From the NCBI RefSeq assembly GCF_001194135.2, contig NC_069002.1, positions 6,132,014 through 6,196,013 on the forward strand: 64,000 nucleotides of DNA, read 5' to 3'. The stretch's first letter is position 1; each line of letters begins with the position of its first letter. The position numbers and the translations under genes were made by a program. The DNA comes from Octopus bimaculoides. Lineage: Eukaryota. Below, piece by piece: positions 41,321 through 53,578 of the stretch. Under the pieces are notes generated by a model. The model saw nothing but the letters and a program-made list of their open reading frames with translations. It did no database searches and was not told the DNA's origin.

Positions 41321-41640
41321 TGGCTGGCCTCAAATCTCACCTGCGAACCCATGGAAAACAAACTTCAACCAGCTATTCTGACTATATGTCAGTGCACACG
41401 TTTGAATGTGGTGTATGCCAGAGGGCTTGCAAATCCAATGGGGGTCTTAAAAGACATGTTAGGATCCACAATGAGCAGAACTTACCTGCAGTTATTGGTA
41501 GTTCAAATCAGAGGTGCAATCTGTGTGGGTGTTTTTTCAAAACATTGTCTGGTTTAAAAAGCCACATCAGACGCCATGAAAGGGCTAAGGTGTGGGTACA
41601 GGAGGTGGTCAAACTTTGTGTAAGGAGTAGACAACCACCA
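41321..41640 (+). mobile_element. LINE (probably RTE) ORF 3' end with 2.5 C2H2-like fingers
   Basis: GLKSHLRTH, CGVCQRACKSNGGLKRHVRIH, CNLCGCFFKTLSGLKSHIRRH; no TGEKP linkers; ends in a (TA/TG)n tail. Confidence 0.55.
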
Positions 41641-42469
41641 TGTGTATATATATGTGTGTGTGCTGTAACTGTTAAGCAATTGTAGAGTTAAGCACGATTG
41701 ATTTATCTGGTAAAGTGGAAAGATGTAGGGTGTTGTATTAGATACGAATATGTTATATGGGTTGGTGGAGACCACTTATAATATTAGGACATGTTTACCT
41801 AGAGAGGCAAAACCTGGTGGTAATAGTAGAATACTAGTTATCATTAAGGAGTACAAAGAAAGTGGGGATTATATAATAAACTACACTTGGTACCGAGTTA
41901 GAGGAAACACCAGATCAGATATCAAAGAAAACCAGCAGTAGGAAGTAGTCTAATGATTAACAATCTGGAATGTTGTATAGGTGGCGTTGATACTATTTAA
42001 TTAGATAGTATAATCACCATTGTATGAATCAGGTAAAGCAACTCCGGACAATAGTCACAGGTAAGAGGTTTGGATAGTGCGTTCCATCTATTATTTAACG
42101 AGCATAAGGATTATTTACTTAGTGGAATTGGAAAAGAACTGGGTGGGGTGTGCAGACTGCTACTTGTAGGTTAGATATTTTCGGTATTGCTAATGCATGA
42201 TATTGGGTACACCACAGATAGAATGGTTAGTTCCTTCAATATAGCATACCATGAAAGTATAGAAAAAGTTGTTTAGGTAAAGTAATGGTAAAGAAGAACG
42301 AGACTAGGTCTCAGACAATTAAGCAGATTAATCGACGTTTGGGTCAACAATAAAGGGACTAAATTTGATTGGCCCCTAGGTTGAGAGCTGTTATAGAGGT
42401 TGTTTAGTGTCCTTAAAATATTTAAAGGTGCGTGGTAGCCTTATGTATGCTGTAGTGTACCCAGTATTA

Positions 42470-43160
42470 TGTGTGATAATGATGGTGGTGGTGGTGACAG
42501 TGGTGTTGGTGGTGGTAGTTGTGGTGGCAGTGATGGCGGGGGTGACAAGATGACAATGACAGAGGTGATGGTGATACAGTGATGATGATAGTGATAGTGT
42601 TGATATGGCCATGGTGGTGGTGGTGGTAAGACGACGATGATGATGATGATGAAATACCGTATTTGGCAAAATAAAAAAAAAAACGGAAAGAAAAGAGATT
42701 AGCAATGTGCTAACTGTTGTTCTGTGTATTTCTTATTACAAGCTGATAACCAATACAACATATTCAATTACATAAACACTCCCCCAACATCTTGATAATA
42801 ACACTGAGCACTTTTCCTCCTCCTCCTATTATTATTATCATTATTATTATTATTTTTATTATCATTATCATTATTATTACTATTACTGCAGCTGCTGCTA
42901 GTAGTAGTAGTAGTAGTAGTAGTAGTAGCAGCAGCAGTAGTAATAGTAGTAGCAGCAGTAGTAGCAGTGATGGTGGTGGTCATGGTAGTAGTAGTAGTAG
43001 TAGTAGCAGCAGCAGCAGTAGTAGCAGTGATGGTGGTGGTCATGGTAGTAGTAGTAGTAGTAGTGGTGGTGGTGGTGGTAGTAGTAGTAGTGGTGGTGGT
43101 GGTGGTGGCGGCAGTAGCAGTGGTAGTGGTAGTGGTGGTGGCAGCGACGACGGCGAAGGC
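42470..43160. repeat. Mosaic trinucleotide field (GGT/GAT/TAT/AGT/AGC) with a 60-bp tandem duplication
   Basis: gtagcagtgatggtggtggtcatggtagtagt at 42961 and 43021. Confidence 0.9.
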
Positions 43161-43506
43161 GGTGGCGTTGTTTCATTTAAATCAATGTCTTTTGTGCGAT
43201 TAATATTCAAAGTAGTCTTTATTGACGTTCCAAACAAATCTTCTTTATGTAGCTAATTCGATCCGAGAGATACACACACAAAACCATACAATGATATTGT
43301 AAATCATCATCCTATGAATTAGTGATGGCCTGAATTAAGTATCATTATGTCGTAGCAATGCTCTCCAGAACTGCCCACTTCATTGACAACAGTTGGTGCT
43401 TTTGACCTGTAGCACATTCGTCTTAGAACGTTCGAGGATTTCATCTCGTCTTCATGATTTTTGTAAAAAACACAGTTGTTGTTGTTCTTGTAATAATAAT
43501 AATAAT

Positions 43507-43553
<47 letters not shown>

Positions 43554-43778
43554 TGATGATGGTGATGGTTTCAAATTTTGCCACAAGGGCAGAAATTTTG
43601 GGGGGAAGGGATGAGTCGATTANNNNNNNNNNCCCCCCCAGTTTTTATCTGGTACTTATTTTGTTGAGCCCCCTGAAAGGATGAAAGGCAAAGTTGACCT
43701 CGGCGGAATTTGAACTCAGAATGTAGCAATGGGTGAAATACCGCTAAGCATTTCGTCCAGCATGCTAACCATTTGTCC

Positions 43779-44100
43779 TACATGGATGAGCTGAAGCTGT
43801 TTAGTAAGAATGAATAAAGAGATAGATTCCTTGATACAAACTGTAAGACTCTTTCAGCAAAGGTTATAGGCATGGAATTTGGTAAAGATAAATGTGCAAT
43901 ATTAGTCATGAGAAGGGAACAGGTAATCAACAGTGAAGGCACCTAATTACCAGATGACCAAACATTAAAATCAATGAAAGGAGGAGAGAGTTATAAGTAT
44001 CCCTGACTATTAGAATCCAAAGGACATGTTCAACTAGTTAAGGTCAAACAACTGACAAGCAAATCTGTAGTATTGAGCAGAATATTTGCTGTAGTCCATC

Positions 44101-44135
<35 letters not shown>
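43779..44135 (+). mobile_element. R4/Dong-clade LINE remnant, internally deleted, ending in (TAT)n
   Basis: Frameshifted RT motifs YMDELKLF, EIDSLIQTVRLF, IGMEFGKDKCAILVM, SYKY joined directly to the family 3' region also seen at 13231-13510 and 330-450. Confidence 0.75.
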
Positions 44136-44136
<1 letters not shown>

Positions 44137-44705
44137 GGCCTCGAGTTGGTAGAATCATTAGCATGCTGGGCAAAATGCTTAGCAGTATCCATCTGTCTTT
44201 ACATTCTGATCTCAAATTCCACCGAGGTCGACTTTGCTTTTCATCCTTTCATAGAATCCTGACATAGAATGCATGACATAGAATAGGTGACAAGAAGAGT
44301 AGAGACAGGCAAATAAAACTTGTATGGAGATATGCAACAGAGCACATCTGTCGGCTGAGGATGGGGTGCATTGGTAAATGGTTCCTTGCCAATCAACTAA
44401 ATGGCTTTCTTTTTGGATGTAGTCTTGGATGTTTTTATGTGTAACATCATGACGTTCTATTTTCTCAGAACTAATAATATACAGCAGCGTCGACAATTCT
44501 GCTGACTCATCTTCATTATAACAATGAAATTGGTTTGGAAAAACTAACAGAAGTTTTTTCAAGAAATGGTAAAGCCACCAGACATTCCAGATATAATAAG
44601 AAACTGAAGCACCATGATAAAAAGGAAAAGAAAACAAGAAGAAATGACCTTTCATTATAGAAATAACTCAATCTATGGCATTTGGTTTATAAATGTGTAG
44701 GCTTG

Positions 44706-44755
<50 letters not shown>

Positions 44756-45413
44756 ATAATCTATATTTGGGTATTCATACATATATTATTTAATGTCTAT
44801 TTATTCCATACTGGCATGGGTTGGGCGGTTTGACAAGAACAGACAAGCTAGAGGACCCCACTAGGTTCTACATCTGCTTTGGGATGCTTTCTATATCAGG
44901 GTGCCCTTCTTGATGCCAACCACATAACCAAGTGTACTGGGTACTTTTTACATATGTATATATGAATATATACTGTTGTGTCTGGGAAGAGTCATTTTCT
45001 TTTTGTGCCTTATAATTTAGCACACTCACTGGTAAAATTTGATTTTTCCACAAAATATTTTTTTTTTTTCTATTCATGGGTGTTTGCCTTATTTGAGAGT
45101 GCACCTTATAAACCAGCAAATATAGAAAATACACTCTCCACGCCTATAATTGCTAGTCCAGCATCCTTCCTTTAAATATTCATATATATTTATATATATG
45201 TATAAGTACATACATATTTGTAGGGTAACAAGGCAACCAATGCTTTCAGGTGAAGAGATCTTCACAATTGTTCAATTGTACCACATAGAAGCGTTGATAT
45301 TTGTGTCTGTTTTGAATGAGAATATGAGAACGAGAACAAAATGGAAGGCCTGATATTAGTGTATACATACATACATATATACATACACACATATACATAC
45401 ACACACGAATACA

Positions 45414-45458
<45 letters not shown>

Positions 45459-45459
45459 G

Positions 45460-45490
<31 letters not shown>

Positions 45491-46019
45491 GTATATATAT
45501 ATATGATAGAACATTCATCACAGTAAACTATAGCAACATAAATTAACACGTTCGAATCTACAGAAATGGAAATGTCTAAAATATTCTTTAATGGAAACTT
45601 GATATATTTCTTTGCTCTTAGCAACACCAAAACGCAGGAACAGCAAACATTACAAGGAAGAGATCAGGACTGCAAACTCTCTTAATAATATACAACATAC
45701 ACCATTAAAAACCAAACAATTGTCAGGTTTAATAACATCTTGTAGAAACCCATCATATTACTTTTCACTTCTGAGACTTCTTCACAAAAACTGTTTCCAT
45801 TACACAACTAAATAACAAAAGATGATTTAATGTGTTCCATTTACTTATGCTTAACAAAGCTCAAGTTTAGAATGGTTATGTTAGCATTAACATCATTAAT
45901 GCAGTGAACCTAAAATAAAACAATAAACCAGATGTAATTCTGTTCTGCAATGCTTGTATGGGTTAGACAGAATTCACTGAAGCAGATTTTAATACAGATG
46001 TCCAACCTGTTGCCACTCC

Positions 46020-46340
46020 TCACCTTATTTATTTATTTATGCACCCTTTTCAAGCCTATCCAGGCTCATGGGCCCGGTTTCCCGGTTTCTATGGCGAACG
46101 TGTTCCCCACCAGCTGGACGGTACACCAGTCCATCACAGCATTACTCAAGAAACAGGAAGAAAGAGTGAAAGCTGGGGCGAAAGAGTACAATAGGGGTCA
46201 CCACCACTCCCTGCCGGAGCCTCATGGAGCTTTTAGGTGCTTTCGCTCAATAAACACACACAACGCCCGGTCTGGGAATCGAAACCGTGATCCTCTGATC
46301 GCGAGTCCACTGCCCTAACCACTGGGACATTGCGCCTCCT
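46020..46340 (-). mobile_element. tRNA-derived SINE family C
   Basis: Head ggaggcgcaatgtcccagtggttagggcagtggactcg...gtttcgattcccagacc; (AAAT)n tail. Confidence 0.8.
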
Positions 46341-46706
46341 CACCTGTTTTCAACTAATTTTCTAGGAGTAAGGTGGTGAATGGCATGAATCATTAGCCCA
46401 CCAGGCAAAAAATTCTTAGCAACATTTCGTACATCTTTACATTCTGAGTTCAAATTCTGCTGAGGTCGACTTTACCTTTCATCCTTTTGGGATTGATAAA
46501 ATAAGTACCAGTTCAATACTGGGGTTGATTTAATCGATCTACTCCTCCTGCAAAATTGCTGGACTTGCGCTAAAACTTGAAAGCAATATTTCTCTATGAC
46601 TGAACAGGTTCTAAAGCAGTGCTTCTTAAACTATGGGTCACGACCCCAAATGGGACTGCAAAGAGAAATGCTGGGGGGGGGGAAGCAATTAAATTCAAAT
46701 AGTTTC

Positions 46707-46747
<41 letters not shown>

Positions 46748-47755
46748 GAGAGAGAAAGAGAGAGAGAATGGAAGAGAGAGAAAGAGAGAGAGACAGAGAG
46801 AGAGGAAGAGAGAGAAAGAGAGAGAGAGAGAGACAGAAAAATGCACCAGGACTTTGGCTCCAGTCTATTCACCACAGCAGAGCTGAATAACAGGAACAAC
46901 ATGTAACGAAGTGCCTTCTTCAGGACCATGATGCACTGCTCAGTCTAGGAATTGAATCCACAAACTTTTGACAGTACGTCAAGAACCCAAACCATTAGGC
47001 CACGCACTCTCACTTCACATCAGATAAAGCACTCCAATCATCATCGTCATCATCATCATCATCACCATCGTCATCATCATCATCATCATCATCACCATCG
47101 TCATCATCATCATCATCGTCATCAACATTTAACGTCTGTTTTCCATGCTGGCATAGGTTGGACAGCTGGAAAGGAGCAGGCAAGGCCAGAGGCCACATCG
47201 GGTCCCATAGTCTGTTTCAGCTCAGTTTCCACATCTGGATGCCCTTACTAATGCCAACCACTTTATGATCAATGTGATAAACTAAAGGACCTCAACTACG
47301 GTGCCATTGCATCGCCTAAGTGAGATAACCAAACCAATAAAAAAAGAAATAGACAAAGTCTGCTCTGAATTGATCAGTCGGGTAATTCCATCGCATGAAT
47401 AATTCAACTCTTTGATTTATAATTTTCTCCTGCTACTATTTTAAAGTACATTGTAATTCCAATAAATTTATGACACTTGAGTTGTTTATAAATTAATAAA
47501 TTAACAAAATAAATTACACTTTAACTGAAAATTAAATTAACAACTTAGGTTGCGTCTTCTTAACACCTTAGTAAAAACAATTAATGCAACTTGGCACACT
47601 TGCATATTTCAAACTAATTTTAGCCAGCTATTGACTTTTTCTTAAGCTATAAAACACGGTAACAAGTGGAATGGAGTTTAGATGATTCGTGGACTCTGAC
47701 AAAATATGGTTCATGTTCCAGGAGATAACTTTGTTTTCCCGTAGTATAAATGGAC

Positions 47756-47863
47756 TGTCAAATTCCCAAACCACAAAGAAACATTCTTATTTGTAGCACG
47801 TTGTCCGCCCCCATTTAACATGCTATAAATAGGAATGTTTCTTCGTGGTTTGGGGATTTGACA
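47756..47863. repeat. Inverted repeat, 43-bp arms, 22-nt spacer
   Basis: 47756-47798 vs 47821-47863; 39/43 Watson-Crick pairs, all 4 differences transitions. Confidence 0.9.
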
Positions 47864-47944
47864 TCTCTTTTCAGCATGTAAGGAGACCATTTAGTGGTCT
47901 TCCTCATTGTGTATAATTTTACACACACGTATGTATATATATAC

Positions 47945-47997
<53 letters not shown>

Positions 47998-49967
47998 GAT
48001 GAATGTTTGTGTGTATGCATGTTTTATATCAAAAGACATCCACATTGGTGACAAAATTGCTGATAAACAGGTGCATATTTTGTGATATTTATTCTGCCCT
48101 TGTTGTACAGACACTCTCTTGTCACTGTCACCATTGGAAATACGGTGAACCAGTCATTGATCTATGTGAAACCTATAATCAAAAATATATCAACTATTTG
48201 CAAAATTATGGTACAAAATACCTTTGTTGTATTTCTTAAGGGGCCGTAACTAAATACCACAAGGTATTTTCTCTCCCGTCCTACTGATTCTGCTACTTAC
48301 CCACTACTTCTTCTGGTACTTATTTTATTGACCTTGGATGAATGAAAGGTAAAGCAGACCTCGGCAGAATTTGAACTCAGAACATAGCAACTGCCGAAAT
48401 ACCGCTAAGCATTTTGTCCAGCATGCTAATGATTCTGTCAGCTTGCCACCTTAATATAATAATAACAATGATAATAATAATAATCTTCACCATCATTCTA
48501 CATTCTTTGAGATTATCCAAGCAATTAAAAGAATAAAAGACCTCCACTAGCCTTCAATGTGTCTAAGGTTAAAGAATGATAAGGGAAGTAACTCTAATAA
48601 GGTCAGATGATGTATCTCACATTTTCTTATAAAACTCTCAAGAGTGTTTTTTTTTTCTTCTTTCGTCTTTATTCACATAGTATCAAGAACACATACAAAC
48701 ACACACTAAAACACATATATTGGGTATGTTCATTAAGATACATAGGAAAATTAGATCGACAACACTTGTAATAAATCTGAAACATGAAGCAATGTGCAAC
48801 AGTTTTAATTAACTACTTGTTTACCAGCATTTTTGCTTTGTTTTTCTTTTCTCTCTTTTTTTTCTTTTTGCTTCTTCTTGTTCTTCTTCTTGTTCTTGTT
48901 CTTCTTGTTTGTGCAGATGCTCAAAGGCAGCACCAACAGCATAAAACATTTTATTTTATTTCGTTTCTTGTTAGGAAAAGAAAAGACATATTCTACGATA
49001 TAATTTAAGAAGTAATTGCAGTGAAATGACAGATGAGATAAAGTATGTATTAAAATGTGTTTGGTGGTGTACCAACTGAATAAAACAGAATGTATACCAA
49101 GAGAATATTGGAATTTTTCTTGATATTTTTGTAGCTGTTGTTGTTCTTTTCTTTTCAATTCGTCACGTACTAAGCTGAATGGTACGACAAATATAAATGG
49201 TAAACTGGTAATAAATAGCAAAAATAGTGAAACTAGTGGAAATGATGAAACAAGTATCCATGGTACAAGCGACATAAATTTTAAATGGCATAAAAGACTT
49301 AGAGCGGTGATGGTGATGGCAAATTTTGCATCAAGATATCACGAGGAAGAGTGGCTGCCTACATGTGGAGTTGAGGCAGTGACGGACGGTACCATTCAGG
49401 GCCTGTCATTCCCATCTCTTCCCCATCACTGCAGAGTTTTTCTTCCAGCCTGCGTTTAGGAGTTTGAACGTGAGAGTCAGTCTTCACGATCAGATCCCAT
49501 ACTTTAGACTTGGGGGTCTTAACAAACGGACTAATACACGTGTTTTAGCATGTGTGTGTGTGTGTGTGTGTGATTGATACTATGCAAAGAAAAACGAAAG
49601 GAAAAAATAGTGCTCTTAAGAATTATATAAGAAACTGTGAAACAATCGCACTATTGTAAATTCAAAGCTACGAGAGAATGCAGGATTGATTCAAAACAAC
49701 ATGAATAAAGAAGCATTACATTTGACAGAGAAACCTGAATGCTAAAGGGTTGAATGTCGACAATGATGATGATGATGACGATGGTGTTGGTAATGATGAT
49801 GATGATGTTGATGATGACGATGGTGGTGATAATGTTGACGATGATAACTGTTGGGGAGGGATTTCAGGAGTCAGTCAATGTCAAGCATGTATCTGTACAT
49901 GTTTTACATGTTTGTGTAGGCCTAGGCAACTTTTATTTAATTTTTTTTTTTTTTTTTAAAGAAAAAC

Positions 49968-50128
49968 TAGGTGCAGGCGTGGGTGCATGGTAAGAAGCTT
50001 GCTTTCCAATCACATGGTTCTGGGTTCAGTCCTACTGTGTGGCATCCTGGGCAGGTGTCTTCTACAATAGCCTTGGGATAACCAAAACTTTCATTAGTAG
50101 ATTCGGTAGACGGGGACTGAAAGAAGCC

Positions 50129-50172
<44 letters not shown>

Positions 50173-50225
50173 TATGTGTGTGTATGGCTTTGTGTCTGTT
50201 TGTCCCTCCACCACCACTTGACAAC
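49968..50225 (+). mobile_element. SINE family A fused to an RTE-type 3' end (50225-50320)
   Basis: ggtgcaggcgtgggtgcatggtaagaagcttgc...; continues into ccgtccaacctatgccagcatgg. Confidence 0.7.
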
Positions 50226-50318
50226 AAGTGGTGGTGCAGCCTCCTGGCTTCCCAGACCCCAGTCGAACCGTCCAACCTATGCCAGCATGGAAAACGGACG
50301 TTAAACAATGATGATGAT

Positions 50319-50360
<42 letters not shown>

Positions 50361-50859
50361 TGTATGTTACATATGGTAATAATGTATAAGTGATATAATT
50401 AGCATAAATGGCATAAGTAGTATAAATCAAAGAACTGTTATAAATGGTATGACAACTTTCCTTTGATGGTGTTACTAAAGAAATTAAAAAACCAAAAAAA
50501 AACAAAAAAACAAAAGAAGTATAAAAGTTGATTGATACATGATTGGCGACTGACCAGAAAATCAGAGCTGTAACGATGGTAGGATGAAGGTTTGATTGAT
50601 GCTTTTCTACTATTTTTAGTCCGCCATTTTCTTGTAATTCTGATGTTTACATTAGCTAATCTGAAGGAAGTACCATATAATAGTAATAGTGGTTGGTACT
50701 ATAACACAGGCCATATAACGGTGTAGCATAACAACACTGTCACAACATAATACTGTAGGAGAGTTACTACTCAGCATTACAACACAATCTCCGTAACACA
50801 TTCAGAATGCAGCTACTACATGAGACTGGCTATACTGTAGCCACATGACACATCCAAAA

Positions 50860-51300
50860 TATAATCACAACGCAACACATTTGAAATAGAAGACTACCAC
50901 ACAACCAACACAAAACAATCACCACACAACACTAGAAAGCAACCAACACAATGCATTCATAACAATTACAACACTATCATATATCACAATATGGACAACA
51001 TGTTCGAAATACAACACTACCACAAAATACAACACAATACGCACAACATATTTGAAAGGTAACAGCATCACACAACGCAACACATTTGAAATATAAACCG
51101 ATCACACAACACAACACGTTTGATATACAACCTTACAACACAACACATTTGAAATAAAACCCTACCACACAACACAACACATTTGAAATGCAACATAACA
51201 GACACAACACATCTGAAATAGAACACTATCACACAAGTCACACAAAACAATCACCACACAGCACTACAACACATTTAAAACAATATCAACAAAGAACACT
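50860..51300 (+). repeat. Degenerate ~33-bp CA-rich minisatellite
   Basis: Unit cacacaacacaacacatttgaaata...; 6 or more copies; similar sequence resumes after the SINE at 51565-51700. Confidence 0.75.
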
Positions 51301-51302
51301 AT

Positions 51303-51457
51303 ACATTATCTACATTTGACAGATATTTGTCCTCATCTTATTTGTTATTAACACGTTTCAGCTGATATACCCTCCAGCCTTCATCAGGTGTCTTGGGGGA
51401 AATTTAGAACCTGGGTTCTCATTCCTAAGGTATTTTTCGATGTTATTATTAATATTA

Positions 51458-51499
<42 letters not shown>

Positions 51500-51564
51500 T
51501 CACTGCCTGGAATCGAACTTGGAATCTTGGGGTTAGTAGCCCGTGCTCTTAACCACTACGCCAT
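51303..51564 (-). mobile_element. tRNA-derived SINE with (AAT)n spacer and 3' hammerhead-like motif
   Basis: Head TGGCGTAGTGGTTAAGAGC (A box)...GTTCGATTCC (B box, 51518-51509); (AAT)n; then GACAC-CTGATGA-A-GGCTG(10 nt)CAGCT-GAAACGTGTT. Confidence 0.75.
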
Positions 51565-52009
51565 AATACTACAACACAAGCAACACAATAACTCATTTAA
51601 AAAAAAAATGCAGAAACGGTCATAATGCTGCACACAGCCCACGCAACATGACCAAAACATAATCACCACAACACTAAACTACAACCCACACAACACTGTG
51701 ATAGTAGAAACTGGTAAAACAGTAACTGAAGAAAACAATGACAATAACAACAAAAAAAAACCCATTCATTGTAACAAATCAACAAAATTTCCTATTGAAA
51801 AGTATTTTTTAACAAGATAAATGTTGCAAAACACCGACCCTCAACCCCTTTCTCCGCTCTTAAGCCGAAAATCTTTAGTTATTTTGTCAGACAAATAAAC
51901 AAAAATCATAATAAATTTTTTTTCTATAATGTACAACTCACTAGAAATAAACTGAACATTTTCCGTGTGTGTGTGTGTGTGTGTGAATTATAATGTTGTC
52001 TTTCTTTTA

Positions 52010-52193
52010 CTTGTTGCAGTCATTAGACTGCAGCCATGCTGAGGTACTACTGTCTTGAAGAATTCTAGTCAAAAAAATCAACTGCAGTGCTTGTTTAGTT
52101 TAAAACCCAGTGCTTATAATATCAGTCTCTTTTGCTGAACTGCTAAGCTACAGGGATGTAAACATGCCAACATCAGTCGGAAAGCAGTGGTGG

Positions 52194-52234
<41 letters not shown>

Positions 52235-52330
52235 CACACACATATCCACACATACATCCATGCAACTGGCTTCTTTCAATTTCTGTCAATCAAATCCACT
52301 CTCAAGACTTTGTTCAACTGAAGGTTTTGT
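52010..52330 (-). mobile_element. SINE family A (5'-truncated)
   Basis: tcattagactgcagccatgctg...ttctttcaatttctgtcaatcaaatccactc. Confidence 0.7.
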
Positions 52331-52439
52331 AAGGGATTATAATGTTATCCATGTTTAAGAAACTCCCATATTTTTTAAACCTAATTTTTAACAATAAAGG
52401 GTTCCTTATGCACATTAAAATACGCTAAGTGTGATTCCA

Positions 52440-52820
52440 TCATTTAATGTCTGCTTTCCATGCTGGCATGGGTTAAGCCAGTGTGGGCTGCACCAGGTTA
52501 CAGTCTGGTCTGACAAGGTTCCTACGGTTGGATGCCCTTCCTAATGCCAACCACTCTGAGAGTGCAGTGGGTGCATTTTACCTGCCACCGGCATGGGTAC
52601 CATTGATCTGACACTGGCATCGGCCTCAACTATGATCTCACTTGGCTTAACAGGTCAACACAAGCACGGTATATCACCAAGGGTCTTGATAACTTTCACT
52701 GCCTCCATGAGGCTCAACACTCGAATGGTGCTTTCTATGTGCCACCGGCACGGGTGCCAGCCAGACGGCACTGGCATCAGCCACAACTACAATTTCACTC
52801 AGTTCAACAGGTCTTCAGGT
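52440..52820 (-). mobile_element. Longer copy of the RTE-type (GAT)n family
   Basis: catttaatgtctgctttccatgctggcatggg...ggatgcccttcctaatgccaaccactctgagagtgcagtggg...tgccaccggca. Confidence 0.7.
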
Positions 52821-53037
52821 CTAATAGTGGATATTTTAAAGAGCAAGAAAGAGAGAGAAAGAGGGAGAGAGAGAGTGTGTGTATGCATGCGTGTGTACGT
52901 GTTATATATGTGTGTGTGTGTGTGTGTGTATGTAGTATATGTGTATGTGTGTGTGTGTATATGTATTTATAAAAAAGAAGTTTGAAAATAACAATATATA
53001 AAAAATAAAATTTTAATTTATAATTTTGTCAGAGATA

Positions 53038-53084
53038 TCTTTAACATGTTTCGGTTCTTGAAAAAACGAACCTTATCAAAAAAA
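53038..53084 (-). ncRNA. Degenerate minimal hammerhead at the end of a Penelope-like repeat
   Basis: TTTTT-TTGATAA-GGTTC(10 nt)GAACC-GAAAC-AT-GTT-AAAGA; core CUGAUGA carries two transitions. Confidence 0.55.
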
Positions 53085-53578
53085 TGTAATTAAATGAAAA
53101 GTTCATAATTGTTCCTTAGTGGTGTCAACAGTCCACGTGGGAGCATTTTTTGTTGGTTGTAGTAGTGACCGTGTTGGTATATATAAGTCAGTAAATAGTG
53201 GGGTTGTGTTAACTGCACGTGGAGAAATAATAGGAAAATGAAAAATAATAATAAGGCAGAATGCTAAACTGGAAGCATATTTTAATAAAGATTTCTAACC
53301 GGCTTTCTTTGCATACCAAATTTTCAAGAAGAGGGAGAATGAAAATGTTTTTTTTAAAGTACAAAATGAAGAAAATAATATATAAAAAAAATAATATATA
53401 AAAAAATAAATATACCAATACATTATATTGTCTTTGAGCTTTTGAAGTTCAATGGTAATCCATGTATATAATGGTTGGAAAAATAAGGATGCATGAGAAT
53501 GGAGAGTTGTGTTAGGTTTGAGAAAAGTGGCTAAAAGTTTGTGTTAAGCAGGAAGTGTGGTGTCAAAACAGGAAGTGT
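53038..53578 (-). mobile_element. Second Penelope-like copy (3' region/pseudo-LTR), truncated by gap
   Basis: 53186-53578 is near-identical to 20825-21210 (gtcagtaaatagtggggttgtgttaactgcacgtggag...acaggaagtgt); extends on to a hammerhead motif. Confidence 0.75.

Noticed and set aside
41230-41685. Host C2H2 zinc-finger gene
   Set aside because: Start codon lies in a SINE, no TGEKP linkers or splice sites, retroposon-like tail
51495-51564. tRNA gene
   Set aside because: Has A/B boxes but no complete acceptor stem; it is a SINE head
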